Positions 18,414 to 28,487 of a DNA stretch of 30,853 nucleotides are shown here, one piece after another; the first letter of the stretch is position 1, and each line of letters opens with the position of its first letter. The notes under the pieces were generated by a model. That model saw only the letters and a program-made list of their open reading frames with translations, was not told the DNA's origin and made no database searches. The stretch is from a bacterium. GTDB taxonomy: Bacteria > Hydrothermota > 32-111. The stretch is taken from NCBI GenBank assembly GCA_050239825.1, contig JBFXGO010000030.1, forward strand, positions 1 to 30,853, read 5' to 3'. Made by a program: the position numbers and the translations under genes.

Positions 18414-19902
18414 CGGCTATGTAGTTGACATTGAGACAGACATACAGAATGGTCTGCCTGCATTCAACATTGTAGGTCTCCCCGAGAGGTCTGTAAAAGA
18501 ATCCAAAGAGAGAATTCGCTCTGCAATCAAAAACATAGGATTTCCCTTTCCCGACAGAAGAATAACAGTGAATCTTGCTCCCGCAGACATCAAAAAAGAG
18601 GGGTCATACTTTGACCTCCCGATAGCTATAGGCATACTTGTCTCTGCTGGGTTCATAAAACCCGCAAAGAAAGATGCTCTTCTGATAGGCGAGCTTGCCC
18701 TCAACGGCTCAATCAGGGCAATACAGGGAGTCATATCAATTGTTTCATCAATGGCTTCAACCGATTGTTCCGAAATAATTGTGCCCTATGAAAATAGAAA
18801 TGAAGCATCAGTCATCAAAACATTAAAGGTTTTTCCCGTAAGTGATCTCAAAGAGGCGATTGAAGTTCTGACAACCGACAATAAAAAAGCTTATAAATCT
18901 GCCGAGAAGCCTATAGAGAATGATGAGCATGATTTCGGTTTTGAGGATGTCAAGGGGCTTGAACTTGCGAAGAGAGCAATGGAGATTGCCGCGGCAGGCA
19001 ACCACAACATTCTTATGATTGGGCCTCCAGGAACGGGAAAGACTATGCTTGCAAAGAGATTTGTGACAATCCTTCCTCTGATGTCAGAAGAGGAGGCAAT
19101 TGAGACTACAAAGATACACTCCATCAGGGGACTTCTAAAGAGCGGCGAAGGCCTTATCAGAAAAAGACCATTCAGGAGCCCGCATCACACAATATCAGAT
19201 GTGGCTTTGGTGGGCGGAGGTCAGGATGCCCATCCCGGAGAGGTTTCCCTAGCTCATAACGGAGTTCTATTCCTTGACGAATTTCCAGAGTTTTCAAAGA
19301 ATATAATAGAATCACTGAGGCAGCCTCTTGAAGACGGTTATGTGACTGTTTCAAGAGCGCAAAATACATTTGCCTATCCTTCAAGATTTTCCCTCGTCGC
19401 CGCGATGAATCCATGCAGATGCGGCTATTATTCAGATCCTACACATATATGCAAATGCACTCCAAATGACATACAGAGATACCTTTCCAAGGTCTCCGGA
19501 CCCATACTTGACAGGATAGACCTGCACATAGAGGTGCCGAGGATAGATTTCCTGAGAGAATCAGAAGCTGAGGAACAGGAGAAGTCATTTAATGTGAGAA
19601 GCCGAGTGACTGCAGTTATCGAAATTCAAGAAGAGAGATTCAAAGGAATTAAGAGTTTTCGCAGAAATGCGCACATTACATCAAGGTACATGAAGAGGTT
19701 CTGCGAATTGAGCGAAGGGTGCAAGACTCTTTTAAAGAGCGCAATGGACCACTATGCATTTTCTCCCCGCTCGGTCAACAAGATAATTAAAGTAGCGCGT
19801 ACAATCGCCGATATGGAAAAAAGCGATAAAATCAGGGAAGAGTACATAGCAGAGGCAGTGCAGTACAGAATTCTTGACAACAAATATTTTTACAACATTT
19901 AA
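18373..19902 (+). CDS. comM: ComM/YifB Mg-chelatase-like AAA+ ATPase
   Basis: VGLPERSVKES, NLAPADIKKEG, GPPGTGKT, RSPHHT, HNGVLFLDE, AAMNPCRCG, SGPILDRID. Confidence 0.95.
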   Translation: MISILKSAAINGLDGYVVDIETDIQNGLPAFNIVGLPERSVKESKERIRSAIKNIGFPFPDRRITVNLAPADIKKEGSYFDLPIAIGILVSAGFIKPAKKDALLIGELALNGSIRAIQGVISIVSSMASTDCSEIIVPYENRNEASVIKTLKVFPVSDLKEAIEVLTTDNKKAYKSAEKPIENDEHDFGFEDVKGLELAKRAMEIAAAGNHNILMIGPPGTGKTMLAKRFVTILPLMSEEEAIETTKIHSIRGLLKSGEGLIRKRPFRSPHHTISDVALVGGGQDAHPGEVSLAHNGVLFLDEFPEFSKNIIESLRQPLEDGYVTVSRAQNTFAYPSRFSLVAAMNPCRCGYYSDPTHICKCTPNDIQRYLSKVSGPILDRIDLHIEVPRIDFLRESEAEEQEKSFNVRSRVTAVIEIQEERFKGIKSFRRNAHITSRYMKRFCELSEGCKTLLKSAMDHYAFSPRSVNKIIKVARTIADMEKSDKIREEYIAEAVQYRILDNKYFYNI

Positions 19903-19915
19903 TAAGGAAGGGTAC

Positions 19916-20218
19916 ATGAATGATAAAAAACATAAAGTCAAAAAAATCGGCGATGTTGAAATAATAATTGAGAGTATTACAACGGAGCTTCCTTCCTTTT
20001 ACGGAAAAAGAAAGAATGATTCCGACGACAGGAGGGCTGATGAAAGAAGAACCGGAGAGAGGAGAAAAACTGCCGACAGGAGGAAGGAGACAAAAAAGGA
20101 TTATGCCGGCGAGGAAAAACGGAGCGGAGAAGATAGAAGAAAAAAAGTCGACAGAAGAATCGAACATGACAGGCGAAAGAGCGGCAATGACAGGCGAAAA
20201 AAATGGGTGGTCTATTGA
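19916..20218 (+). CDS. small protein with tandem (D/E)RR repeats
   Basis: ATG 19916 after AAGGAAGG; 100 aa; eight (D/E)RR triplets plus YAGEEKR. Confidence 0.7.
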   Translation: MNDKKHKVKKIGDVEIIIESITTELPSFYGKRKNDSDDRRADERRTGERRKTADRRKETKKDYAGEEKRSGEDRRKKVDRRIEHDRRKSGNDRRKKWVVY

Positions 20219-20242
20219 CGAAAAGAATTATGGTGGTATAAT
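20215..20242 (+). promoter_or_regulatory. sigma70 promoter upstream of the desulfoferrodoxin fusion
   Basis: TTGACG-16 bp-TATAAT with extended TG (TGGTATAAT). Confidence 0.6.
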
Positions 20243-20330
20243 TTTATAAAAAGGAGGAGAATGAAGTTTCTCGTTCTTCTTATGCAAATAACAGTTCGGA
20301 ATTCAATTCACGAAAATATAAGGAGTGTCC

Positions 20331-21197
20331 ATGACTCTTAAAATGGAGATATTCAAGTGCAGTGTGTGCGGAAATATTGCAGAGATAATACATTCGGGAG
20401 AAGGAGAGCTCGTGTGCTGCAACGAGAAGATGGTAAAGTCGGAACCGAAAGATAAAGAGGAAGGAACCGAGAAGCATCTGCCGACAATAAAGGAAAATGA
20501 TGATTTATTTTTAATTCAGGTTGGCGAGACAGAGCATCCTATGACAGCAGAGCACCATATAGAATGGATTGAAGCTGTAACAGAAGAAAGCACAATTAGA
20601 AAATTTTTAAAACCGGGAGAAAAACCGAGGATGACTCTTAACAAGAAGTACAGAATTAAATTGGTAAGAGCCTACTGCAACATTCACGGACTTTGGAGGA
20701 AGCCGAATATAAATGAGTTTAACAGGGAGGATGTGATACTCTTTGCAATAAAGAGCGAGAGGAGCGCAATGACGGTTTACAGCACTCTGGCAAAGAGGGT
20801 GAAGAATGCAATTTTAAAGGAGAGGCTTACATTCCTCGCGGGAGAAGAGGAAAAACATGAGGCATATTTCGAGGAATTGTACAAAATGACATATCTGAAC
20901 AAAAACATCGTTATTCCTCCCGATGACATAATCCCGACTCCGAGAATAGATGTAAAAGACGAAAATAAAAACATAAGCGAGGTACTCTCATCAGCTATGG
21001 ATGCAGAGCTTGCGGCAAATGAGTTTTATCTGGATGCGGCGGTAAAATTCACCGATATGCCGAAAACAGCAAAGATGCTGAAGTTTTTTGCCTCTATGGA
21101 GATGATACACTATGCAATTCTGTCTGTTGAAAAGAAGAATGCGGAGATATTTGAATCATACGAATTTGAAGTTCCAATGATTCATGTCGGTCCTTGA
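20331..21197 (+). CDS. dfx: desulfoferrodoxin (2Fe superoxide reductase) fused to a rubrerythrin/ferritin-like domain
   Basis: Centre I CSVCGN...VCC; centre II EKH, HPM..EHH, CNIHGLW; then E..SA..Y, EEEKH, E..ANEFY, EMIH di-iron motifs; SD AGGAG before ATG 20331. Confidence 0.85.
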   Translation: MTLKMEIFKCSVCGNIAEIIHSGEGELVCCNEKMVKSEPKDKEEGTEKHLPTIKENDDLFLIQVGETEHPMTAEHHIEWIEAVTEESTIRKFLKPGEKPRMTLNKKYRIKLVRAYCNIHGLWRKPNINEFNREDVILFAIKSERSAMTVYSTLAKRVKNAILKERLTFLAGEEEKHEAYFEELYKMTYLNKNIVIPPDDIIPTPRIDVKDENKNISEVLSSAMDAELAANEFYLDAAVKFTDMPKTAKMLKFFASMEMIHYAILSVEKKNAEIFESYEFEVPMIHVGP

Positions 21198-21220
21198 TTT
21201 TGGCCTTAGAGAATTTTGAC

Positions 21221-23207
21221 ATGAAATTAAAAAAGGGAGTGTCAAAAGTTCTCGCGGGAGAGAGCAGGTTCTACGGATACCTGCTCTTTCTCGATATAAA
21301 CGGATTTACAGCGCTCACAGAGAAGCACATGAGCGGAGAGTACAGCGGCGCGGAGAGGGTTTCGGAAATCCTGAATTCAATCTTCAAACCCATAATAAAA
21401 ATAATCTACAGCCATGGAGGGATTGTAAGCGGTTTTGCGGGAGATGCAATATCGGCGGTATTCAAGACTGATGATGCAAAAAAAACTGTAATCTGCGCAA
21501 ATGAGATAATAAAAAAGACTGACGGAAAAATAATCTCCGGCATCAGAATAAAGATAGCTGTCATTGACGGAGAGATAAAGACGAAAAGCTTTAATGACAG
21601 AAAAAAGAAAATTTATTTTTTTGATGGAAAGCCTTTCAGAGACCTTGAAAAAGCAACCCGTTTCATTACTTCGTGAGATATACTCATTTCAGGAAAAATT
21701 AAAAGCAAGATTGAAAGTGTTGATGCACTCTCTTTATTGAGAGTGGGAAAATATTACAAAGTTTCTTCACTAGCAGTTAAAAAAAGCAAAAAGAGAAGAA
21801 ATTCGTCAAAACCATTTATTAAATTTTCTTCGCAGGAAAAACATAAGGCGGAATTCAGAAATGTAACATCGGTATTCATCGATTTTTCAAATGCAGGAAG
21901 ATCAAGCGAAAAGTTCATTGAAGAAACAATTCTACTTTGTGAAAAATACAATGCTAATTTCAACATGGTTGATTCGGGAGATAAGGGCAGAATAATCTAT
22001 ATATTGTTTGGCGCTCCAAAATCAAATGAGGATGACATAAGGCGGAGCATTGACCTCATACTTGAGCTGAGGGCAAGGTATTTTAAGAAATTCAAGGCAG
22101 GCATAACTCATGGAATGGCATTTACAGGCAGTATCGGAAGCTCAAGAAGAAACACCTACACAGCAATCGGAGACAATGTCAACTCAGCAGCCAGAATAAT
22201 GTCAAAGGCTTCTGAAGGAGATGTGATGGTCACTGAGGAAGTATTCAGGAATCTTACAGAGTTTTATTCGTTTAGTTATGAGGGAACGATTGATTTAAAG
22301 GGAAAGGCAAAAAATGTGCACACCTATCTTCTTGATGGGCGCCTAAAAAGAAGAGAAAAATCTTATGAGACAAAATTTGTAGGTAGAGACAGACATCTGA
22401 AGTTGGGAGATTCTCTTAGAGAAATTCTGCTTAAATGGGAAAACGGAGGAGTCCTTGACATAATAGGAGAGGCAGGAATAGGAAAATCCCGACTAATAAA
22501 TGAAATCTGCAAGAAATTTACTGATTTTGCCGCGATATATCAGCTCTCTTCCGACGATATAAATAAAAAATCCCTATTTCCTTTCATTGGTTTTGTGCGT
22601 GAAATCTTTGGAGTCCATTAGATTCAACATTGACAAGGCGATAGGGTATATGAACAGATCTCTCGAACTTTCAAGACATATAAATGAAAAACGAGGTGAG
22701 AGGCTTGCTTTGGGCAATTTGGGTTCATGCTATGCAATTTTGGGGGAAAACAAAAAAGCTGAGGAGCTTCTTCTGGAGGGGTTGAAGATAAGCCGCTCTC
22801 TTAATGATACAAAGGGAATTGCCGTGATGCTTGATACCCTATCCAAGCTCTATCTGGAGATGGGAAGAAGGCAGGAGGCAGAAGAATCGGCAGAGGAGGC
22901 GTTCAAGAAGGTATCTCCTGAAAATGATATAAATGAGCATGCGCGGCTATTTATAATCAGGGAGAGAATCACAGCGGTGAAAAATAAAAACGAAGCTGTG
23001 AAGAATCTTGAAAAGTATCTTGAGCTTGCAACAGATGAAGGTCCAAAGGGGATGTTATTGACTGAACTCTACTTCATTACAGGAGAATCATCATTAAAAG
23101 AGAAGGCTGTTTTAATGTTAAGGGGTGCATATGAAAAAACATCAGAGACCCAATACTTGAAATTTATCAAGTGTTTAGAGGAAAATAACAGAATCTATCA
23201 GGTTTAA
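21221..23207 (+). pseudogene. disrupted adenylate/guanylate cyclase (two domains)-AAA-TPR protein
   Basis: FLDINGFT/FAGDA and DKG/YTAIGDNVNSAAR cyclase motifs in the same frame separated by in-frame TGA 21674-21676; Walker A GEAGIGKS followed by a stop at 22621; TPR tail in another frame (22587-23207). Confidence 0.8.
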
Positions 23208-23881
23208 AGCTTCGGAACAATCATTCCGTCTTTTATGTAAATAACCCTGTCTGTCTTCTGTGCCACATCATGCTCGTGCGTTACTATAATAATTGTTTTT
23301 CCTTCTTTGTTGAGCGCTCTGAGCATATCCATTATTTCATCGGACATTTTTGAGTCAAGATTGCCTGTAGGCTCATCCGCAAGTATGAAATCAGGGTCAT
23401 TAGCCAGAGAACGGGCTATGGAGACCCTCTGTCTCTCTCCTCCCGACATTTCGGATGGAATATGATGAACTCTGTGTGCGAGACCTACAAGGTCAAGAAG
23501 TTGCATTGCTCTGCCATGCCTCTCTTTTCTGTTCACTTTTGCGTATATCATAGGCATCTCTACATTTCTTATCGCCGTTGTCTTTGGAAGTAGATTGTAG
23601 CTTTGAAAAACGAAACCGATCATTTTGTTTCTCAGCTCCGCCAGCTCATCATTTGTGTGAGTTGAAACATCCTGTCCGTCTAAAATGTATTTTCCGGAAG
23701 TCGGACGGTCGAGGCAACCCACTATGTGCATCAAAGTCGATTTCCCGCTTCCCGATGGACCCATAATGGAGAGGAACTCCCCGCGTTCGATTTCAAAGGT
23801 GAGTCCCCTTAAAGCTTTGACTACTCCGCCCTTAAAGGGGTACTCTTTTACAATATCAGTCATCTGTATTATTTTACTCAT
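23204..23881 (-). CDS. ABC transporter ATP-binding protein (MacB/LolD type)
   Basis: GPSGSGKS, MSGGERQRV, LADEPTGNLD, VTHE. Confidence 0.95.
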   Translation of the reverse strand: MSKIIQMTDIVKEYPFKGGVVKALRGLTFEIERGEFLSIMGPSGSGKSTLMHIVGCLDRPTSGKYILDGQDVSTHTNDELAELRNKMIGFVFQSYNLLPKTTAIRNVEMPMIYAKVNRKERHGRAMQLLDLVGLAHRVHHIPSEMSGGERQRVSIARSLANDPDFILADEPTGNLDSKMSDEIMDMLRALNKEGKTIIIVTHEHDVAQKTDRVIYIKDGMIVPKL

Positions 23882-25091
23882 ATCTTAAACACTCCACTGG
23901 ATCCAATGAAGCCGCCTTTCTCGCCGGCAGTATTCCGAAGAATAATCCCGCACTGACCGAGAAGAGAAATCCGAGAAGAACAGACCACAAAGGAATCGCA
24001 AAAGGCAGGTTAGAAAATTTGGAAATAGTGAATGCTATGGCGAATCCGGCCAAAATGCCGATGATTCCTCCTGTAAGGGATATTGTTATTGATTCAAACA
24101 AAAACTGGAGAAGTATCTCACGGTCCTTTGCGCCTATTGATTTTCTAATGCCTATCTCCCTTGTTCTTTCCGAAACAGAGACGAGCATTATGTTCATGAT
24201 TCCGATTCCTCCAACAACAAGAGATAGGGAACCTATCGCTATCATTATCAAAAAAATCGCAGTAGTAAGGGATTTCCACTGATTCATAAGCGCATCGGAT
24301 GTGTTTATATAGAAATTGTCCTCTTCATTGGGCTTTAAAGAATGAGACAAACGCATTATCCACCGCAGTTCCTCTATGGTCTCCTCTGGAGTAGTGCTTC
24401 TAACTTCTATAGAGAGTCTCCTTGCCTCCTCTCCATAGTACTTGACCATAACGGTATAGGGTATGTAAATCACCTCATCCATTGACTGTCCGAATACTGA
24501 ACCTTTCTCCTCCGTTATTCCCTGTACAAGATACTTTCTGCCGTCCAGAGTTAGTGTCTTTCCTATGGGATTCTCATTTTTAAAGATATTTTTCTGAATA
24601 TCCTTTCCTATGATGCACACATTTCTTTTGTATTTAATATCATCCGCAGAAAAGGCGATTCCCATTTCAACTGTAATATTGTTTATTTTGAAGCTGTTTT
24701 CTGAGACTCCCTGCGTCTGTATTGCATCAAGTCTTTCATTTCTGTATTTTACAGGGAACATTCTCGAAATTGAGATTCCAACCTCCTCTGCCGATGTCAT
24801 CATCTCCTTCACAAGTTTATAATCGTCGAAATCAACATAATTTCGCATCCTCTTTCTCCAGTCATTGGGACCCATTGACACCCACGAATGCCTCTCCACA
24901 TAAATTACATTCGACCCTATCGAAGAGAAGACTTCCTGCACCTTTGCCTGAAGACCCGCAATAATGGATACGACTATTATGACTGTCATGACTCCGATGA
25001 TTATGCCGAGTGTTGTCAGAAAGCTCCGGAGTTTATTGTTTCGAATCGATTCAAAACTCACCCTGATGCTTTCAAGTATTAATTCAAACAT
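23874..25091 (-). CDS. ABC transporter permease (MacB/FtsX type)
   Basis: RSFLTTLGIIIGV, GGIGIMNIMLVSVSERTREIGIRK, PARKAASLDP. Confidence 0.95.
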   Translation of the reverse strand: MFELILESIRVSFESIRNNKLRSFLTTLGIIIGVMTVIIVVSIIAGLQAKVQEVFSSIGSNVIYVERHSWVSMGPNDWRKRMRNYVDFDDYKLVKEMMTSAEEVGISISRMFPVKYRNERLDAIQTQGVSENSFKINNITVEMGIAFSADDIKYKRNVCIIGKDIQKNIFKNENPIGKTLTLDGRKYLVQGITEEKGSVFGQSMDEVIYIPYTVMVKYYGEEARRLSIEVRSTTPEETIEELRWIMRLSHSLKPNEEDNFYINTSDALMNQWKSLTTAIFLIMIAIGSLSLVVGGIGIMNIMLVSVSERTREIGIRKSIGAKDREILLQFLFESITISLTGGIIGILAGFAIAFTISKFSNLPFAIPLWSVLLGFLFSVSAGLFFGILPARKAASLDPVECLRYE

Positions 25092-25093
25092 TT

Positions 25094-26269
25094 TTATCTT
25101 CCATCAGGCTTAGGAGTGTTATCCAGCTTATCTGAATTTTTATTTGTTTTAGAATTTTTTTCGGATATTTTCACTTTTTGCTTGTCCTGAAGAGTTTTTA
25201 TCGCAGTAAATGGTCCCGTAATAACCTTATCGCCCTCTTTCAGATTGTCCGATATGACTTCCAGCTTCATATTACCTGTTATTCCTGTTTTTACGGGAGT
25301 GAAAGAAATTATGTTTCCATTGAGAGTGAAGACCCCCTCATCTCCATTTCTGCTCACTACTGCCTGTATCGGCACTGTGAGTACATTCTCCTTTACCTGA
25401 GTGATGATATTTACTTCTCCTGTCATTCCTGATATAAGCTCATCATGGGCTTCTTCAAGGAGGATCTGAACTTCATATTCGATTCCGGTCTCCGACACAG
25501 AGGATTCCTGCGTGGGTCTGTTTCCTTTCTGATATACAAATCCCGTGTAAGTTGTTTCAGGGTATGCGTCGAAAATCACTGTTGTCGGATTCTGCTTCAT
25601 TATCTTGACAATTGATGTCTCATCCACATTTGCCTTTACAAGAAGCTTGTTATTGTCCGAAACAGTCATGAGAACCGTCCCTGCATTGTTCATTGTGCCC
25701 GTTATTACATTTTCTCCCTCTTCAACATAAACAGCAGTGATAATGCCATCTATCGGAGATGTGATTAGCGTCTTTTCAATATTGTTTTTTGCTATGTCAT
25801 AAGCAGCCTGCATTGAAGCAAGGGTGTTTTGCGCATTTTTGAATTCAAGCTCCGAGAGAGTGAATTCCGAAAGCGACGAGAGCTTCTCTTCATATAATTT
25901 TTTCTGATTTTCAAATTTATATGACACATACTCAAAATTTGATTGTGCCGCATTTAGGGCTGTTTCGGCTTCAGTGAGCCTTGCTCTCTGAGAAACATCG
26001 TCGATTTTAAGAAGCGGGGTTCCCTTTTTTACCTTATCTCCCTGTTCAACATAAATTCTCGTGCATTTCCCTGTGATGTCGGATGAAATCTTTACATCTA
26101 CAAAGGGTTCAAGCGTTCCGTCTATTGAAACGGTCTCATTTATTGATTCAATCTTCGCATCCATCGCCTCTACTTCAACCGTCGGCTTATTCTTTCCGAA
26201 GATGATGAGGAGAAGAATAAGTATAACTGCTATTATGGCTATTGTTCTTTTCTTCTTAAGGAATTTCAC
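25094..26269 (-). CDS. efflux periplasmic adaptor (MacA-like membrane fusion protein)
   Basis: N-terminal TM, GDKVKKG..L, ITSPIDG, VDETSI, VP..AV; GTG start with GGAGG SD. Confidence 0.9.
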   Translation of the reverse strand: MKFLKKKRTIAIIAVILILLLIIFGKNKPTVEVEAMDAKIESINETVSIDGTLEPFVDVKISSDITGKCTRIYVEQGDKVKKGTPLLKIDDVSQRARLTEAETALNAAQSNFEYVSYKFENQKKLYEEKLSSLSEFTLSELEFKNAQNTLASMQAAYDIAKNNIEKTLITSPIDGIITAVYVEEGENVITGTMNNAGTVLMTVSDNNKLLVKANVDETSIVKIMKQNPTTVIFDAYPETTYTGFVYQKGNRPTQESSVSETGIEYEVQILLEEAHDELISGMTGEVNIITQVKENVLTVPIQAVVSRNGDEGVFTLNGNIISFTPVKTGITGNMKLEVISDNLKEGDKVITGPFTAIKTLQDKQKVKISEKNSKTNKNSDKLDNTPKPDGR

Positions 26270-27501
26270 GGTTTCCTCCTTATTAAATACAGATATCTGT
26301 AATATAGTTTATAAACTTCCTTCTTTGCATTTATGAAATTCATTGCGCTTTCAAGATATCCCTTTTGATAGGTTATGTACTCTGTTGTTGAAATTTCTCC
26401 TGCCTCGTACAATCTTTGTGATTTGGCGAAAATCTTTTCTGAAGCATCAAAGCCGTTCTTCGCGCTTTCATATAAATCTTTTGTCCAGCTTATTCTTTCA
26501 GAAAGATTTTCCAATTCGAGAGAGAGATTCTGACTTATCTTCAAAAAATCAATATGCGATGATTTTCTTGCGTATGATTTGTCTATGACATTGAGTGTGC
26601 GTGAAAATCCGGTGAAGACGGGAAATGATATGCTCACTCCTGCCCTAAAAGATGATTCTGTCATAAATCTTGAAGGATCAATGTCAAGAACAGAGTCCGA
26701 AAGTCCGTATGAAACATTCAATGACGCTTTGGGCGTAAATTCCATTACTGAAGAAACCTCATCTGCCGCAGATGCAGAGTATGTTTTTTTCGCAATTACA
26801 TACTCGGGTATGTTTCTCAGCAAATCATTGATGTCCGTTTTGAATTCTTCAAAGAGAGGAATTGTGTCAACATCCGCAAGACGGTCGGGAGAATCAATTC
26901 CCGTAAGACTCTTGAAATTTATCAAAGCCGCGTCATAGCCGTTTTGGTCTGTTTTGTAAGAGTACATTACATTGTAATAATTCGATTTTAAAGTCATGTA
27001 TTCAGTCTCTGAAATCAAACCCGCATTGTGCTGTGATTCGCCTCTTCTGACATTCTCCGATTCCCTCTTGATTAGAAGAGTGTCGAGGTCAAGGCGAATC
27101 TGATATTCAAGAAGCGAAAAATACTGCTCTATAACATTCTGGTAGAGTGTGTACACACCTTTAAGATAAACGCAGTTTGCTATGTCGGTATATTCTTTAT
27201 TCTTATAAAGTGAAATGAAGACCGGCAGGTCAAACAGTTTCTGTGAGATACCGACAGATTGGCTGTAAGACCACTCTGTCATATCGGAAGAATCAACAGA
27301 GAGAGTATAATTCACATATGGAAGAATTGAAGGAAGAGTCTGTAGCAGCGCCTTGTTTTGTACATCCCTGTCGAGAACTATCTGCTTGAAATCAAGAGAA
27401 CCGGTCTTTGAGTTTATCAAAGCATCTTCAAGCGTTGTTTCAGAGAAAACCGCTGATGTCAGAAAAAGAGATAAAAAAATCAATCCGATAAGTTTTTTCA
27501 T
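26266..27501 (-). CDS. TolC-family outer membrane efflux protein
   Basis: Signal peptide, helical repeats with ISQKLFD, ISFPVFTG, YEAGEIS; first gene of the MFP/ABC operon. Confidence 0.8.
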   Translation of the reverse strand: MKKLIGLIFLSLFLTSAVFSETTLEDALINSKTGSLDFKQIVLDRDVQNKALLQTLPSILPYVNYTLSVDSSDMTEWSYSQSVGISQKLFDLPVFISLYKNKEYTDIANCVYLKGVYTLYQNVIEQYFSLLEYQIRLDLDTLLIKRESENVRRGESQHNAGLISETEYMTLKSNYYNVMYSYKTDQNGYDAALINFKSLTGIDSPDRLADVDTIPLFEEFKTDINDLLRNIPEYVIAKKTYSASAADEVSSVMEFTPKASLNVSYGLSDSVLDIDPSRFMTESSFRAGVSISFPVFTGFSRTLNVIDKSYARKSSHIDFLKISQNLSLELENLSERISWTKDLYESAKNGFDASEKIFAKSQRLYEAGEISTTEYITYQKGYLESAMNFINAKKEVYKLYYRYLYLIRRKP

Positions 27502-27526
27502 TTGCTCCTCACTTATGAATAGAGAA

Positions 27527-27554
27527 ATAATAACATTAAATCTTAAAATGTCAA
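27527..27554 (-). promoter_or_regulatory. sigma70 promoter of the TolC-MFP-ABC operon
   Basis: Minus strand TTGACA-16 bp-TATTAT with extended TG; SD GAGGAG at 27505-27510. Confidence 0.6.
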
Positions 27555-27569
27555 TTATTTAGACGCCGA

Positions 27570-28487
27570 TTATTCCGATTTCCCTCGCCCTTTATTTATA
27601 TCTCTTGATATAAGGTATCCTGACATAATTATCAAAAATCCCCCCAAAACAAGATAGATGTTGAGTTTCAATCCCAAAAACGCCACTTCATTGACTGTTG
27701 TGAAGATTATTGTGAGAAGAAAGAGTATTGAGGCTGAATTGACAGGCAGGAGAGACAATGCATAGTTCCAAAAAATGTATGCGAGTCCTGACTGAAAAAC
27801 ACCCATCTCAATAAGCCAAAACCATTCTGAAAAAGAATCCGGCGTTTTGCCTTTTGTGAAGAGAAGCGGAGACATCAAAACAGCCGTTATAAGGAATATC
27901 TTGAAAAGGTATGAGATTATCTTTATAGGGTCATTATGGAGGGGCTTTACAAGCTTTGAGGAAAAATAAACATAAAATCCAAAGGTGATTCCAGTAAAGA
28001 TGCCAAGTATTATGCCAAGATAAAAATTATCCTTAAGGTCGAAAAACTTCTCCTTTCCCAGCACGATAATAAATATGCCGAGTATTGAGAGCCCCAGAGA
28101 GAGAATTTCAATGAATTTTGGTTTTTCTTTATCCAAAAAAAGAACAAGCAAAAATACAAAAAGCGGCGACAGATTCTCAAGTATCATAACGAGTGTTCCC
28201 GAAAGGTACTTTAGAGTCAGGTGATAAAGCACTGAATTGCCTGCAACTCCGACGAGTGATATTATCAGGACGAGAGGAAGCTCCTCCCTGAAATTGATTG
28301 ACAGTCTTTTTTTGAAAAGCAAAAATATAAAGAAGACAAAAGTTCCTATGAAAAATCTAAGAGCCGCCACAAAGTACATATTGACATCCTGAAGCGCCAG
28401 ATATCTTCCGGCAGGTCCGTGTATTCCCCAGAGGAACAATGCTAAAAGAGCAAACAAGAGTCCTTTGGTCGAGTTTTTTGCTTTCAT
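27570..28487 (-). CDS. DMT/EamA family transporter
   Basis: About 10 TM helices, LWG, LRF, LSPLFV, AYIFWNYAL; start overlaps the patatin stop (TGATG). Confidence 0.88.
   Translation of the reverse strand: MKAKNSTKGLLFALLALFLWGIHGPAGRYLALQDVNMYFVAALRFFIGTFVFFIFLLFKKRLSINFREELPLVLIISLVGVAGNSVLYHLTLKYLSGTLVMILENLSPLFVFLLVLFLDKEKPKFIEILSLGLSILGIFIIVLGKEKFFDLKDNFYLGIILGIFTGITFGFYVYFSSKLVKPLHNDPIKIISYLFKIFLITAVLMSPLLFTKGKTPDSFSEWFWLIEMGVFQSGLAYIFWNYALSLLPVNSASILFLLTIIFTTVNEVAFLGLKLNIYLVLGGFLIIMSGYLISRDINKGRGKSE

Noticed and set aside
21674..21676. Alternative genetic code (TGA=Gly) suggested by TGA at a Gly position
   Set aside because: Many intact genes end in TGA at their expected C-termini (4132, 21197, 23874, 28487 with TGATG coupling) and the long genes have no internal TGA
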